64,000 bases of DNA. It comes from Vicugna vicugna. Its lineage: Eukaryota. Shown piece after piece: positions 36,958 through 49,709 of this stretch. The stretch lies in assembly GCA_013265495.1 (NCBI GenBank), contig MU058198.1, positions 3,918,419 to 3,982,418 of the forward strand. Direction: 5' to 3'. The position numbers were made by a program, and so were the translations under genes. The notes beneath the pieces were generated by a model. That model was not told the origin of the DNA and did no database searches. It saw nothing but the letters and a program-made list of their open reading frames with translations. Position 1 is the first letter of the stretch, and the number at the start of each line of letters is the position of its first letter.

Positions 36958-37656
36958 TTTATTATTTTTGCAATCCGGATGAGCTCAAGTAAGCCAACCA
37001 ACCAACCCTCAATAAGAGAAAGGTAGGCCAGGAGATAGCCTCCTGATTACTAGCCCTGGCTGCCTCCAAGATAGGAGAGGAGAGAAATCATGAACCTTTT
37101 TTTACTTTTTACACCGCTTTTCAACTCTTTACAATAAGAACGTATTATTTTAATTCTTAAAAAATCTAATAAAATTTAAAATGTTGCTGTCTCCCAATTG
37201 CCTATAAACTCTTCCACATGACATTTAAGGCCTCCGTGGTCTAACCCCTGCCATGTCTTTGGTCTCATCTCTCTCCATATTCCTCCTGCAATCAGTGTTT
37301 CAGCCACATCAAACTACAATACACTAGCTAATTTCTTCAATATGACATCTTGCGTCTTATCTCTGAACCTTTGCATACTCCTCCTGAAAAACTATTCTGT
37401 ATCTTTTCTACCTGGTGAACTCCTTCAAGACCCAGCTTAAACGACCCCATCCGACTCTGTAGGTCAACAACAACATTTGTACTCTATTGCAATTGTCGGT
37501 ACGTATATGCATATGTGTTGTGTCACCATTCATTGTGCTTGATTGGCATACAAAAAGTTGTTAATGCTTGCCGAATGGATTGAAATTCATCAAATGCGTG
37601 TTTTATAATTTCTGCACTTTTTGACCTAACAAGAGCATCACTCAGGCTACGTTTTG

Positions 37657-37772
37657 TTTTTTGTTTTTAATATGGAATGTTTCATGAATTTGCAGGTCAT
37701 CCTTGGTGAGGGGCCATGCTAATCCTCTCTGTATCATTCCAATTTTAGTGTATGTGCTGCCAAAGCGAACAC
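37657..37772 (-). pseudogene. RNU6: U6 snRNA processed pseudogene (full length)
   Basis: Reverse complement of 37669-37772 matches U6 at 91/104 nt by hand alignment; A-rich tail; 15-bp TSD tcaggctacgttttg / tcaggctatgttttg. Confidence 0.95.
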
Positions 37773-38482
37773 TCAGGCTATGTTTTGATGATTTGTGTTT
37801 TTGATGGGCCACTATGGGTGCAACATTTTACAAACAGGCTAATAGAGTTTGATTATATTTTGCCAAAAGATGAGACCCTTGCAATGAAAATTTTCCCATA
37901 GCTAGAAAATTTTTCTCATTTTTAGTTTGGGTTAAATTCCTGCATTGGGAATAAAATATGAATAAGAGCATGCAACTGTGCTGTTTTGAAAGTTCAGTCA
38001 GTAATCCCCACTTCTTTTTCTTTCTCCCAAAGGAGGTGTAGGATCAGTCTTGGGCCTGTTTGCACTCGTATCCATTCCCAGCCCTTCCCCTGCTCTGCTC
38101 TGTGTTGCAGAAAGGCTAATTCCTGAAGCCTGCATCTCCAGGCTCTGGTCACACCTGGCTGCCAGCTGAGCTCAGCTGATGGCCAGCTCTGGTGGGAGAT
38201 TGCAGGGCAAATAGGAGAGAAGCCAGGGTATTGCACCTCCTCTCTGTTTCAATCAGTTCCAGCTTCTCTGTGTCTCTAAACCTCCATGGGACACCTCTGC
38301 CCTTATTCCTCTTCTTTTGGTTACTTTCTGGCTCTGGTTACCCTGGGAGCCAATTATATGGCCTCCTCCCTTTGTCTTTATAGCCGCCCATCATAGTGAT
38401 TCCCTGATGTTGCTAATCTCTGGGTTACTTCATGTACCAGTTCGTTTTGGTTCTAGAACAAACAACTTCAAAACTTAATGGC

Positions 38483-38747
38483 AGGGGATGGAAAGGGATA
38501 AATTTGGGAGTTTGAGATCTGCAAATCTAAGCCACTGTATATAAAAATAAATCTTAAAAAATAAGTTTCTTCTGTATAGCACAGGGAACTATATTTAATA
38601 TTTTGTAATAACTTTTAATGAAAAGGAATATGAAAATGAATATATGTATGTATATGCACGACTCAGACATTGTGCTGTACACCAGAAATTGACACATTGT
38701 AACTGACTGTACTTTAATAAAAAATAAAATCAATAAAAACAAAACAA
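38483..38747 (+). mobile_element. 5'-truncated young L1
   Basis: gggataaatttgggagtttgagat...tgtatagcacagggaacta...tacaccagaaattgacac; TSD aaaacttaatggc / aaaactcaatggc. Confidence 0.9.
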
Positions 38748-38763
38748 AAAACTCAATGGCTAA

Positions 38764-38904
38764 TACACCAGAAATTGACACAACATTGCAAACTGACTAT
38801 ACTTCAATTTTAAAAAATTAGGAACATATATTTGATTTCAATTTTAGATTACCCGAGTGTTTTCTTGGGGGTAAAATAATAAAACACAAGTTTTAGTTAA
38901 AAAA
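38764..38904 (+). mobile_element. Very short L1 3' end plus probable 3'-transduced sequence
   Basis: tacaccagaaattgacac...cttcaattttaaaaaa, about 80 nt non-L1, aataaa, poly(A); TSD aaaactcaatggctaa / aaaacttaatggttaa. Confidence 0.7.
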
Positions 38905-38920
38905 AAAACTTAATGGTTAA

Positions 38921-39330
38921 GACTACAACCATTATTTGTCGCCCACAATGCATGAGATAGCAGTTTAGACTGGGATCAGCTGGGCAAATCTTCTGCTAGT
39001 CTTGGCTGGGCACCCTCATGAGTTTATAGTCAGGAGCCAAATCAGCAGGGGCTCTAATTCTGAAGCTGGCTGGCTGTCATCCAGGGCAATGGTGGGTCCT
39101 TATGTCTCTCATCATCCAACAGTCTAGTCCAGATATATTCAGTTGGCAGCTGGTTCCAAGAAAGAAGAGAAATTGGAAAGACCTCTTGAGGCTCAAACTT
39201 GGATTTTATACAACATCGCTTCTTCCCAAAGCAAATCACAAGACCTGCCTCAATTCAATACGTAAAGAAATAGACTCCATTTCTATATGGGAGAATAAAA
39301 ATTTCCAGCCGTTTTTTGAAATCTACAACA
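38921..39330 (-). mobile_element. MLT1-type MaLR LTR (host of the two L1 inserts; begins about 38440)
   Basis: caaaacttaatgg|..acaaccattatttg, ctgggatcagctgggc, ctctcatcatccaacagtctagtcc, caaagcaaatcacaagacc. Confidence 0.65.
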
Positions 39331-41310
39331 CCTTACCATTATCTCTTCCATCAACTGTATAACCAAGTCCCTGCATAAATGTCCTCTTTGATAATTCCTG
39401 GAAATCATTACTGTTTCCTCAGTTGGACCTCATGTGTATGTTTGAATGTGCTTGAAAGAGAGGGGTTAAGGAAAACAGGAAAAATCAGTTCTTAATAGGC
39501 TCCCCTTGGATTCAGATGTTTCTGTGATAATGTCACTCGCCCAGGATCCTTTATAAAAATTAATCAGTAGGATGAGTATGATTATAATTAATCAATATAG
39601 TTGAATCATGAACTCAAAAGAAATGAACTGAGCGTCTACCATGTGGCAGGCATGATGCTAAACACTTGTGGGCCGTGGAGGGCAGGGCAGTACATAGAGT
39701 GGGGAAGGCTTGGTACCTGCCTTGCATGAGTTAATATGTGGTATCTGAAGAGCCAGGCACACAGCAGACGTATACAGGGTTTGGTAAGATGAGGAGGAGG
39801 ATGACCACTATGATAGTAATGCACTTCATAACCTCGTCGGGGAAATAAATACTTTAATGAGGGTTTTTTTGAGCTGTCTCTGCAACCTGGAAACTGAGCT
39901 CCAGGAAAGCTAAAATCTTATATATGTCACTCACTGCTGTATCTTCATTGCCGGACAGAAGACCAGCACCCATAAACTGGTGAGTAAATATTTATCAAGT
40001 GTAGGAGTAAAGGTATATACACAACACTAACAGAGCATAGATGAGAAAGAAGTTAATTCTGAGAACAGGGGAAAGCTTTAGAAAAACAGATGATTTCTCA
40101 AATTTATACTGAGATAGAGTTCTCACAATTTGGCAGCAGAGAAGGGAACTGAAAGGAAAACCAAAGGACCATCCTGAACAATATTAAGGCGTATTGAAGG
40201 GTGGGCTGACTCCCCTTGGTGGTGATGGAGGCTCGCCCCTCCGCATCATCCTTGTGTAATCATCAGCCGTGTGCACACCCTTGCAGGTCATTGGCGTTGT
40301 TTCTCTGAACTCATCTCACTGAGCATTCAGAAAGTGATCTGAGGCCCGAGCTGCTCAGATTTGGCAAAGGATGACTCTGCTGACCTTCAGGCTGTTGTGA
40401 AAAGTCCCCCTCAGGATAGCTGGGGGCAGCTCTGTGTGGATGTATGGTGTGGGTACAATGTGAATTTGGGCAAATTTCTCCTCCCAGTTTGGGTGTTTTG
40501 AACGTGTGCCCAGAGGCTGCTGCAATAAATCCCTTTTTAGAATCTAAACAAACATGAGTTAGGGAAAGGGGGAGCCAGAGGCAATGGAAATGCCTCCTGG
40601 GAGAGCTTGATTGACAGGAAAGACATCTGGACCAGAGGAGGAAAGGGACCCTGGCAAGAGTCGGAGCTCTTAGCTCAAAGACCTTCACCAAGCCACTCTC
40701 CCTGCTTCTCCAGTAGGGAAATGAGCCAAACTGCTCCTTTTTTCCTGTCTGGGACCCCAGAGAAAGCCAAAGAAAGCTCCACACAGGGCAGCACTATTCA
40801 GCTGGGAGAGCCTGCAGCCCCTCCTTCTGCAGTAGACCAGACTGTACGTGAGATCATTTAGAGGAAGAGAAACTTTAGTGGTCCTTGCTGTTGTACTAGT
40901 GCTTCAAGTTCAAGGCAATTCAGAGCTTTAAGTTCTCAACCTTGAGGCTTAAACCTTAAGAGTGATGCTCAACTTCTCTTCTACCCCTGTGCTGCCAAAC
41001 CTTATAGTATGCCTAACGCACTGTCCTTCAAGTTTCCTGGAGCTTAGAGAAGATTCACACTGTGGGTGGGGTTTCTGGTCACATATCAGGAGATTGGGAA
41101 TCGGAGATTGATCAAAAGTAAGAGTGTCGGTGAGTAAATAATATGCAGAGCTCAGTGAAGCAAGCATGGCCTCATTGGCCAACATTTCTCTGTCCAGCAC
41201 ACTGGGGAGGGTTTCTGTGGGCAGGCGGGCAGCCCCCTCAGTCAGCTCTTGGTTCATTTACATGAGATGGTTTCTACAGGAGAGGGCCTTACCTTCCTCT
41301 CGGAAAGGAT

Positions 41311-41833
41311 TGAGACAGGAAGAAAGGGGACAGGGCACAACCTTTGAAAGAATGAGAGTCATTGAGGATACACAAAAACTGGTTGGAACCAACAAGGTCC
41401 AAGATGGCGGAAGCTTTACCTTCCAGTAGACCTTGAGCCTCATTACGTGCTCATTGTAATACATTAGCATGGTAAATGACACTCTCCAGGACCATGACTG
41501 TTCCGAGGCTGACCATTAAGGGCCAAAAAGTGGGTGGTGGCTCAATTCCTGGAAATCCCCACCCCTTCCCCAAAATAGTTTGAATACTCCTCCCACTTGT
41601 TAGCATGAAATTACCTAGCCCATTAAAAACTAGCCACGCCCACACCCCAGGGGCTGGTCTCACTTCCTGAGTCTGCATTCTGCCTGTGGAAGGTGTATCT
41701 CTCCAAATAAACGTGCTTTCACTTTACTCTGGCTCATTCTTGAATTCTTCCTTGCATGAAGCCAAGAACGGTCCCAGGAGTTCGCCTGAGACCTGGGATG
41801 TGACCGTTCTCTCTGCCTCCCTCTCCTAAAACA
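41311..41833 (+). mobile_element. MER41-like ERV1 solo LTR
   Basis: tgagacagga...ccaagatggcgg...cattagcatggtaaatgacactc...aataaacgtgctttcacttta...cttgaattcttccttgcatgaagccaagaac; TSD ggat/gtat. Confidence 0.85.
41546..41574. promoter_or_regulatory. GAS (STAT) motif pair within MER41-like LTR
   Basis: TTCCTGGAA at 41546-41554 (perfect TTCnnnGAA) and TTCCCCAAA at 41566-41574 (one mismatch). Confidence 0.55.
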
Positions 41834-42209
41834 GTATGGCTGCACAACCATTATTCACATAGTGCCCAGCTGGCACTCACTTCTTCACTGTTCTTGCAAA
41901 GGCAAGAAGGGGCAACCACGGCAAAGAGATAACCACAAGCGAGAAAACCTCACTGGTGAATTTTTTATGCAAGTAGAAGCAGGAAAGAGCAGCTTGGTTA
42001 TGGCAGGAAAATAAATAAATGACTTCAAGACCAAGTGCAAGAAAATCTCCCAGGATCTCCAATTTTTTTTTAGGACAAAGAGATAAAAACTGTTAGAGAA
42101 CAGATAAGAGACATGCAAGCTAGATATTTCATATTCAAAAAATGGATGTAACAGCTATTTCAGATGGAGAGAACAGAAAAGCCAGAATTGTAGCATTCAG
42201 CAATTGAGC

Positions 42210-42462
42210 ACAGATTTTATGAGAACAGACTTCAAAATCGGAGATACCCAGGCTGGAAGCTGAGTCAGCACTTTTGATTGTATAAACTTGGACAATTTCT
42301 TTAACCTCTCTAGTTCAGTTTTTTGTTGTTGTTGTTGTGTTTTATAAAATGAGTTACGTAGTATGGTTTTTAGGGTCGTTGAGACATTTATGTGAGGTGA
42401 TGTTTTATATATAAAATAATTAGCATGAGGCTAACACACAGTAAACACTCAATAAATGTCAC
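42210..42462 (+). mobile_element. MIR SINE
   Basis: aacttggacaatttctttaacctctctagttcagttt...taaaatgag...cacagtaaacactcaataaatg. Confidence 0.7.
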
Positions 42463-42463
42463 G

Positions 42464-42838
42464 CATTATAGGCTGAATCATGTCCCCCCCAACACAAATT
42501 CATTGAACTCCTAAGCCCAGTACCTCAGAATGTGACTGTATTTGGAGATAGGGCTTTTAATGAAATAATTAGGCTAAAATGAGGTGTTAAACAGGCCCTA
42601 GCCCCATCTAACTAGCATCCTTATAAGAAGAGGAAATTTGGGCACACAAGACACCAGGAACAGAGGACATGTGGGCACAGATTAAAGTCCATGTGAGGAC
42701 AGAGTGAGAAGGCAGCTGTCTACAAGTCTCCGGAGAAACCAAACCTGCTCACACCTTGATCTTGAACCACCCACCCTTAGAACTATGAGAAATTAAGTTT
42801 CTACTGTTTAATGCCAGTCTAATGAGCACATGAATACA
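42464..42838 (+). mobile_element. MLT1A/B-like MaLR LTR
   Basis: cccagtacctcagaatgtgactgtatttggagatagggc...ccttataagaagagga...caccttgatcttgaac...gagaaattaagtttct. Confidence 0.85.
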
Positions 42839-43519
42839 TCCCCTATTGCTGTTACTATTTTTACACCCAGATGCAACACTGAGAACCAAGGTGCCCTTGG
42901 ATTTCTGTACTGATGAAGGGCTCCCAGGCCAGATGTACAGAGCAAGCCAAAATCTGCATCCCTTCCAGCCCCGCCACATGGGCTGACCAGCCACAAAGAC
43001 CACCACCGTAGGACTCAGGCCATCTGTGGTTTCTGGGCAGGGTGCAGATCTCTACAGAGACCCGCAGATGATTGCTGGGAAGTCCCTGAGATTTGGAGAC
43101 CTACTCCATTCCCCAGCCCCCAGCTGCTTTGCGCATGCTGAGAGCATGTCACCCCCAAATAATGAAGTTCTCTACTGATTTCCAAGTCGTCACAATTATC
43201 CTCCCATCACCCTCTAGGAGGTCAGAAAGTCAGATTCCACCAAAGGCTGCCACAGATGCGGTTTTTAAATAGTCCATTCAGAAGCCCACAATTAAAACCT
43301 AATTACATATCTTTGCCAATTAGTGAAGGAGGTGCCATTTCCAGTGATGGCAGAGTCCCCTCAAATCCATAATCTGCTCTCTCCTTCTGCCCCAACAACC
43401 CACTCTTCCTCCAATGGCAGAGAGCTCATGAAACCATCATTATTTGTAACCTTGGAAACATTACTTAACCTGATGAATTATCTACAAAACAGCGCTAACA
43501 ACACCTGTTGTTAGAAGAG

Positions 43520-44030
43520 ATCATTTATTCAGCCAATATTTATTGAGTGACCCACTATACACTCACTCTTCTGTTCCTCAAATATTTACTGAACATCTGC
43601 TACATATCAACGCATAAATTACATCTAGGAGGTCTCGTCCACCTTCTCGGAGGAAGACGAAGAACAAGTAGACAAACAAGACAGCCTCAGATGGGGATTC
43701 GCTAGACAGGAAATGCACGCGGTAACGAGATGGAAACTAAAAAAACTAAAAAGGAGGGTAGGTTCGAGGTGGAATGTCATAGAAGGCTTCTCAGAGGATA
43801 ATTTGGACGTGGGAGGACCTGGGGATAGAATGTGTTACCAGAATAAGGCAAAGGGGACCTCAGGTGCAGGGATTCTGGCAGGAGAGATGTATTTAAAGAA
43901 TAGAACAGAACAGAAGGAAGGGCGGTGGGGAGGGGAGGGGGAGGACCAGGAGAGACTGGAGAGGTGGGCAGGGGCCAGATCACACAGAGCCTCCCAAGAC
44001 ATGAAAAGTATGATCTTACCATGATGCAAA
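43520..44030 (-). mobile_element. L2 fragment
   Basis: catttattcagccaatatttattgag, agaaggcttctcagagga, ggggccagatcacacagagcct. Confidence 0.7.
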
Positions 44031-44164
44031 GAAGGGAAAATTCTTTGATCCACATCGAACAAAGAACTAAAAGACCAGTTACTTAACCTGAGTTAAGACA
44101 ACAGGGGCCAGATAAGTTAGGGCCTCTCTGGTTACAGTCAGAGATCTGGAATTAATTCAGGATC

Positions 44165-44362
44165 TAATGTTCTTAACATTGATTACGCGTTGCAATCACC
44201 CTGGAAGCTTTAAACCAATACTGATGTCTGAGCCCCACCCCACCAATTCTGATATAATTTGTCTGATAATTCTGATATAATTTGCAGCCTGGGTATTGGG
44301 GTTTTGTTTTTTTTAAGTTCTCTAATAATTCTAATGTGCAGCCAAGGTGGGGACCACTGGAC
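44165..44362. mobile_element. MER5A MITE
   Basis: aatcaccctggaagcttt...ctgatgtctgagccccaccc...ttctaatgtgcagccaaggtggggaccactg. Confidence 0.8.
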
Positions 44363-46999
44363 TAGGAAGCCCCTGGGGGTGGGCGGCGGAGGAGTTTTAA
44401 GCAAGAGAGTGACATGATCTGAATTCTCTTTAAGAGATCACGGTGGCTGTTCTGTATAAATACACAATGCTGCAATGACAGTTCCCTGATGTCTTCTTCC
44501 CTCCGTGCATCCTTTCAATCTTTTAGGAATTTGGAATTGCTGAACATCGCAGAGAGAAAACCCAACCAGATACTGAGAAAGAAGTCTCACTGGATCTGCC
44601 TCCAGCTAGAAACTGTCTCTTCCTTTCTCTGTTCCTGGAATTGTCCATCCATCCCCCTCCGGGCCTGGGGCCTCATCCCTGCGTAGTTTTTCAGATCCAA
44701 ATTGTGCACCTTCTTTGACAGCCCTGAAGACCCCCAGCCCCCAGCAGAGCATCTCCAAGGAGCATTCAGAAGCAACTTAGTGAGTTTATTTTGATGAAAT
44801 CCAATAATTATCATGCTTAGCAGCTGTTGCAATTTAAAATAAGAAAAACCTGGGCTTGAATTTAAACTGTTTGGTAAAGCGTGTGCCCCACCAATCTGGT
44901 CCAACGAAATCAGACATTATGAAATCCGCAGAAGAACTGGAGCTTGTTACAGGAAGTTAAGATGCAAATCATATTTTGTTTCAAATAAGCCCGATGAATG
45001 CATAATTTTCCACAAAGAAATACTTTTGTGTCAGGATCCTTTTGCCAAGAACTGAAGTTCTTGGGCTGCAGCTGTTAGCAGTGTCTGATTGTCCATTTCA
45101 AACTGCAGACAATTCTGCTTTTCTAAGAAGGATTTAGAGGAAAGACAGGAAGAGGGCAGAGTGCTTTTGTCAAATGTCTTCTAAAATATTCTCTATGAGG
45201 TCTGCCTGTGCTTCCCAGACCACCAGACTTGTCCTCAGAATTTCCGGAGACTGGACATCAAGGTGAATCAGTAGCTACTCTCAACTTAACATCCATTCAA
45301 AAGGGTTTTGGGTTTTTTTAATCTTTTCTCCCAGCACCTGCTCCGAGCTTGGGGTCATTGATTCTATTTGTCAGGAGTCTTTCAATTTCAAGTGGAAGAA
45401 ACTCAATTCAAATGAAATAAACACTCAAATTAAGCAGGAGAGGAATTATTTGTTCTAGTCACTGAAAAGTCCAAACATGACTCAGCTTCAGGCACCTGGG
45501 ATGCAGGTTGAGGAGAACCAGAGAAGAAACTGGTAGCAGACAAGTGGAGGGGTTGATGAGCAGTTCTGGGGCCCCAGCATCTGTTGCCATGGATTTGCAA
45601 GGTACCGGCTTTCAAGTTGTATGATTTTCTCCAGGTATAGATACAGAAATGGCCAGCTGAGGGATCTGGATTGAGTTTGGCTTGACAGGTATGATAAAAA
45701 GGTAGACATGCATGAAGCCAAGGGAGACGATCTTTCAGATGACCACCCCTAGATGAGCCTGAGCTGGGAAGGAATGAAGAGACATCAGACAGGGGCCAGT
45801 GGATTGGAGGGGCTGGGACACCGGAAGTCCCTTCAAGGGGGAAGGACAGGTGTCATGGGAGGAATGGGAACCGAAGCTTGGGAAGGATTAGAGATGATGG
45901 ATACCAAGAAGTGTGATGAGGACAAATCGTATGATGAATATTTACAACCTCCCAGCCACAGCCACCCCCATTTTCCAGGGAGAGGAGGATTCTTTGATTG
46001 TTTGAGCTGCTGACGAGGCAATGATGAAGACGCAGAACACGTGAAGAATCCTACACAAGGGCATTTTAAAAAGATGTAGATCTGACTTGAGAGGATGTTA
46101 GGAAGGGGAGAACTAAGCGGATAGGGAGTTTTGAGCAGGATAAAAGGACAGAGATAAGGAATTCCCATGAGTTGTGGGACGTGGGGAGAGAGATGGGTAG
46201 AGGTCATTTTTCAGACAGTTTTCCTGTATATTTCGTGATGTATTTCATCCCTCTGCCATTGTCTCAAGACCCCTTCAGGAAGCACTCCTGGTATTTTCCA
46301 TGGCTCTCTGGAGAAGGAGTCGTGTTTCTTTTACCTGTTTCTACCATGTTTTTCTTTGATTTTTTTTTTCTTTTGTTTTACCATGCTGAGAAATAGGCTA
46401 GAAGAAACCTGGTTTTGCCACGTTTGGAGTGAGATATAGAGCTTGAAGTTTTTTTTTAAGATGGCTCCCACGCTGGCCCAGGTTGTCGCTGTGGAAAAGG
46501 GCTGAAGGTGAAAGTCAAAAAAATCAAGTTCAAGGAATTTTTAGGCTGAAGTATCAGATGAACAAGGCAGCTGACGGTCAGTATTTGGCTTGAAAATGAA
46601 GACTGCGGACCAGGTCCCAAGACATCCAGTGGATGGAAGGGAGCATGGGTGAATGACAGCAGTGAGAGGGAGGATGTGGTGTAATCCGATGGCAGGAGTC
46701 TCAAAGGACCGGGGACACTGACGTGCCTGTGGAAAGACTACTAAGAATAAAGGTTCCAACACCTTCCTTCTGACCCACCTCCTTCTAACTATTTGCAAGA
46801 GTGGCAGAGGGGATCCATATCCTGGAAGAAGAGTCAATTTTCTGTTAAAACAGAAAGTGGTAGAACAGGGCACAGAGAGAAGGGTCAGGAGGGAGGGAGG
46901 TCCTGGGGGATTTGGGTCACAAGCAGAAGCGAAAAGTTGGCTTTTCACGTGACTGGCTCCTTCTCAGCTCACAAATGACCTTTTTGACGTCACTGTCAA

Positions 47000-47270
47000 A
47001 AGTAGCCCCTGCCTCTCCAGGTACGTATAGCATTTCTCCCTGTATATTTCCTTCATATTACTTAATATTGAATAAACAATGTAAGTAATTCATTTACTGA
47101 ATTGTTCCCCAATCAGCAGCCACCACGTCCACTAGAATGGAAACTCCATGAAAGCAGGGATCTGGTCTATTTATTCACTGTCCTATCCCCAGTGCCTGGC
47201 ACAGAGTAAGCACTCAATAAATATATGTAGAATGAGTTAGTTAATGAACAGATAAATGAATGAATAAGTA
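47000..47270 (+). mobile_element. L2 3' end
   Basis: cactagaatggaaactccatgaaagcagggatc...cagtgcctggcacagagtaagcactcaataa...(tgaa)n. Confidence 0.85.
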
Positions 47271-49320
47271 GCCCTAAGCAATTTGGAGGATGGAAGAGCA
47301 TAGATGTTCACAGAGCTCCCACATTTAGTGAGGTGCCCTGGGATAAAGGGGTATGTTACCTGATGTGCCTGGAAAATCCCAATTTGACTCCTGGGGACAC
47401 ATCTCTGCTGGCCTTGTTGCTGCGTCCTGGGAGGTAAATGTCAAAGAGAGATACTTGCTTAAATCCATACTCTCGCAATGGGTTGTGTTAGCTCCAAGTT
47501 CTAGCCTAAAAATACTCCACTCTGATATCAAGGACAAAATTTATAAACATGAAAGTGGTTATTATGGTTTAATCACAGGCTTGGCGGTAGTGACTCTTGG
47601 CAATCTCTCTGGGGTATTAACAAGAGCAGAGTAAATATGTCACATAGGTGGTATTTTTAGTCTTACCCACCCTTCCAACCCAGAAGGGAACATCCCTGCA
47701 GAAGGTCCTTGTGACTCCCTGGGCCCCACCCCAGACCTTGCTGCCTGGAAATCAGAGTCATGGGTACTATGCTGGCAGCCACTAAGCGAAGCAGAGTGAG
47801 GATGTGCCCGGGACACATCTCAATCCTTGATGGACGGGCACTCGAGTCCCGCCCCGGGGTCAATTACCCAACAAATGATTTTCCGTCCCTGTGACCAACT
47901 TGCACATTTCTTCCCCAAGATAAGGCTTGGCTGAAAGTCAAATGTAACTGCCTCCCCCCTAAAGATCCCCTTTCCACAACCTTCTCCCCAAGATTGTCAA
48001 CATTAAAAAAAAAAAAAAGGACAAATAATCCCTGACTGAGCCCTAGAGCCATGGACCCAAACAAGAGTTTTCCAAACAACATCTTTCCTCTTCAGTGCCA
48101 GAAGACTTTAAGCATGAAGTTCACACTCCATTCTCCAGGCGGGCTCTGCAGTAGGCCTCACGCAAAGCCTCATGCTGTTCGGTGTCGGGTCAAGGACTGG
48201 ACTTCTCTCCCGCCCCTCCCTGTTCAGCAAGTGGGACTGTGCATCTGGGCAAGCCCCCTCCAAAGCCTATGCTCTTACATACGATGAGGTTTTGTCTCAG
48301 GGGTTCATTGTACCCTCTGCCCAGTAGTTTATGGTCTACAGAATGGGTTGCTTCAGGCCCTACAGAAAACATGGACCTTACTTCCTTTTGTTTTCACTGG
48401 GGAACAAACGTCTCTCACTTTGAGAACATATAGTTCTGATAGAGATGACTCTACCCTCGGCTGCAGAGGTGGCCTGTGGTCCAGGCCCAGCCATATTCTG
48501 AACCTACCATCTCCCCTGGCCCCAGAGGGATCGGTGGGGTTGATCCAAGAATGGGTGTGTGGTCCTAGAAGAGCCAATGCAGATCCAAGAGGCCATCTTC
48601 TCTACTGACTTACTCTATAACCTTGGGCGAGTCATTTACCTCTGTGAGGGTCTGTTTTTAAAATTTTACATTAGATCAGTACTACTGTGGATTACTTTAG
48701 ATCACCACACTGTGGACAAGGGCAGCTTTGGCATTTGCCTACAATAGAGAGAGCAAATTCTTGGGGCCTACCCCGACCTGCTCTATCAGAAATTCTGGAA
48801 GAGAGCCCCAGAAATGTTATGCTTCGACAAATGCTCCAGAAAATTCTGATGTACATGGAAGCACTGGATGAGATGGCCTCTGAGTCTACAAGTCTAACAA
48901 CCACTGTATCAAGGAAATCAGGAAAAACAAACAAGGAAGGATTCAGCATGGCCAACTATTTTTTCCCTCTTTCTTTTCCATTTTTATTTACCACCACCTC
49001 CTACTTTCATCTCAGGGGCTCTCCCAGGCCACTCTGGGGTAGCAGGAAGTATGTGTAGAGTTTCATGCCCTTTCTGCTTAGCCACCACCAAGCCACCATT
49101 CCTAGGTTGTGGCTGTCACACTGTGCGGGCACCTGATATATCTGAGAACTCAAGCAAGAGCTGCATCTGATGGTTCATGGCTGGACCCTTGGCTCCTAGA
49201 ACAACTCCTTGCAAATGCTTGGCCCTCATTAAATATTTGCTGAATGGATTAAGGAAGCCTGCCTCCTCTCCAAGGCCTCCTTGGATGTGACAGTGAAATT
49301 CCCAAAGCTGTCTTAGAGTC

Positions 49321-49709
49321 TGTATCAGTCTGTGTGGCCCGCCCTAGCAAAATACTACAGACTTTTTGCCTTAAACAATAGCAATTTGTTTCCTTACAGT
49401 TCTGGAGGCTGGAAAGTCTGAGATCAAGGTCCAGTTTCTGGTGAGGGCTCTCTTCCTGGCTTTTAGACAACCACCTTCTCCCTGTGTCCTTGCATGGCCT
49501 TTCCTTGGCTCATGCCCATGAAGAGAGAGAGAAGGAGAGAAAGCTCTCTTGTGTCTTCTTATAAGGACACTAATCCTATTGGATCAGGACCCCACCCTTA
49601 TGACCTCATTTAACCTTAATTGCTTCCTTATTCCCATAAAAGCCACACTGGAGGTTGGGGATTCAACATAGGAGTTTGTGGGGAGGACACAAACATTAAG
49701 TCTCTAACA
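49321..49709 (-). mobile_element. MLT1A0-like MaLR LTR
   Basis: TG...CA termini, perfect 5-bp TSD gagtc/gagtc, cttataaggacactaatcctattggatcagg. Confidence 0.9.

Larger units (their letters stand above)
41150..41880 (-). mobile_element. MamSINE1-like ancient SINE interrupted by the MER41-like LTR
   Basis: Minus strand gtgccagctgggcactatgtgaa...tgtagaaac...gtgctggacagagaaatgttggccaatgagg resembles the remembered MamSINE1 consensus. Confidence 0.5.
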
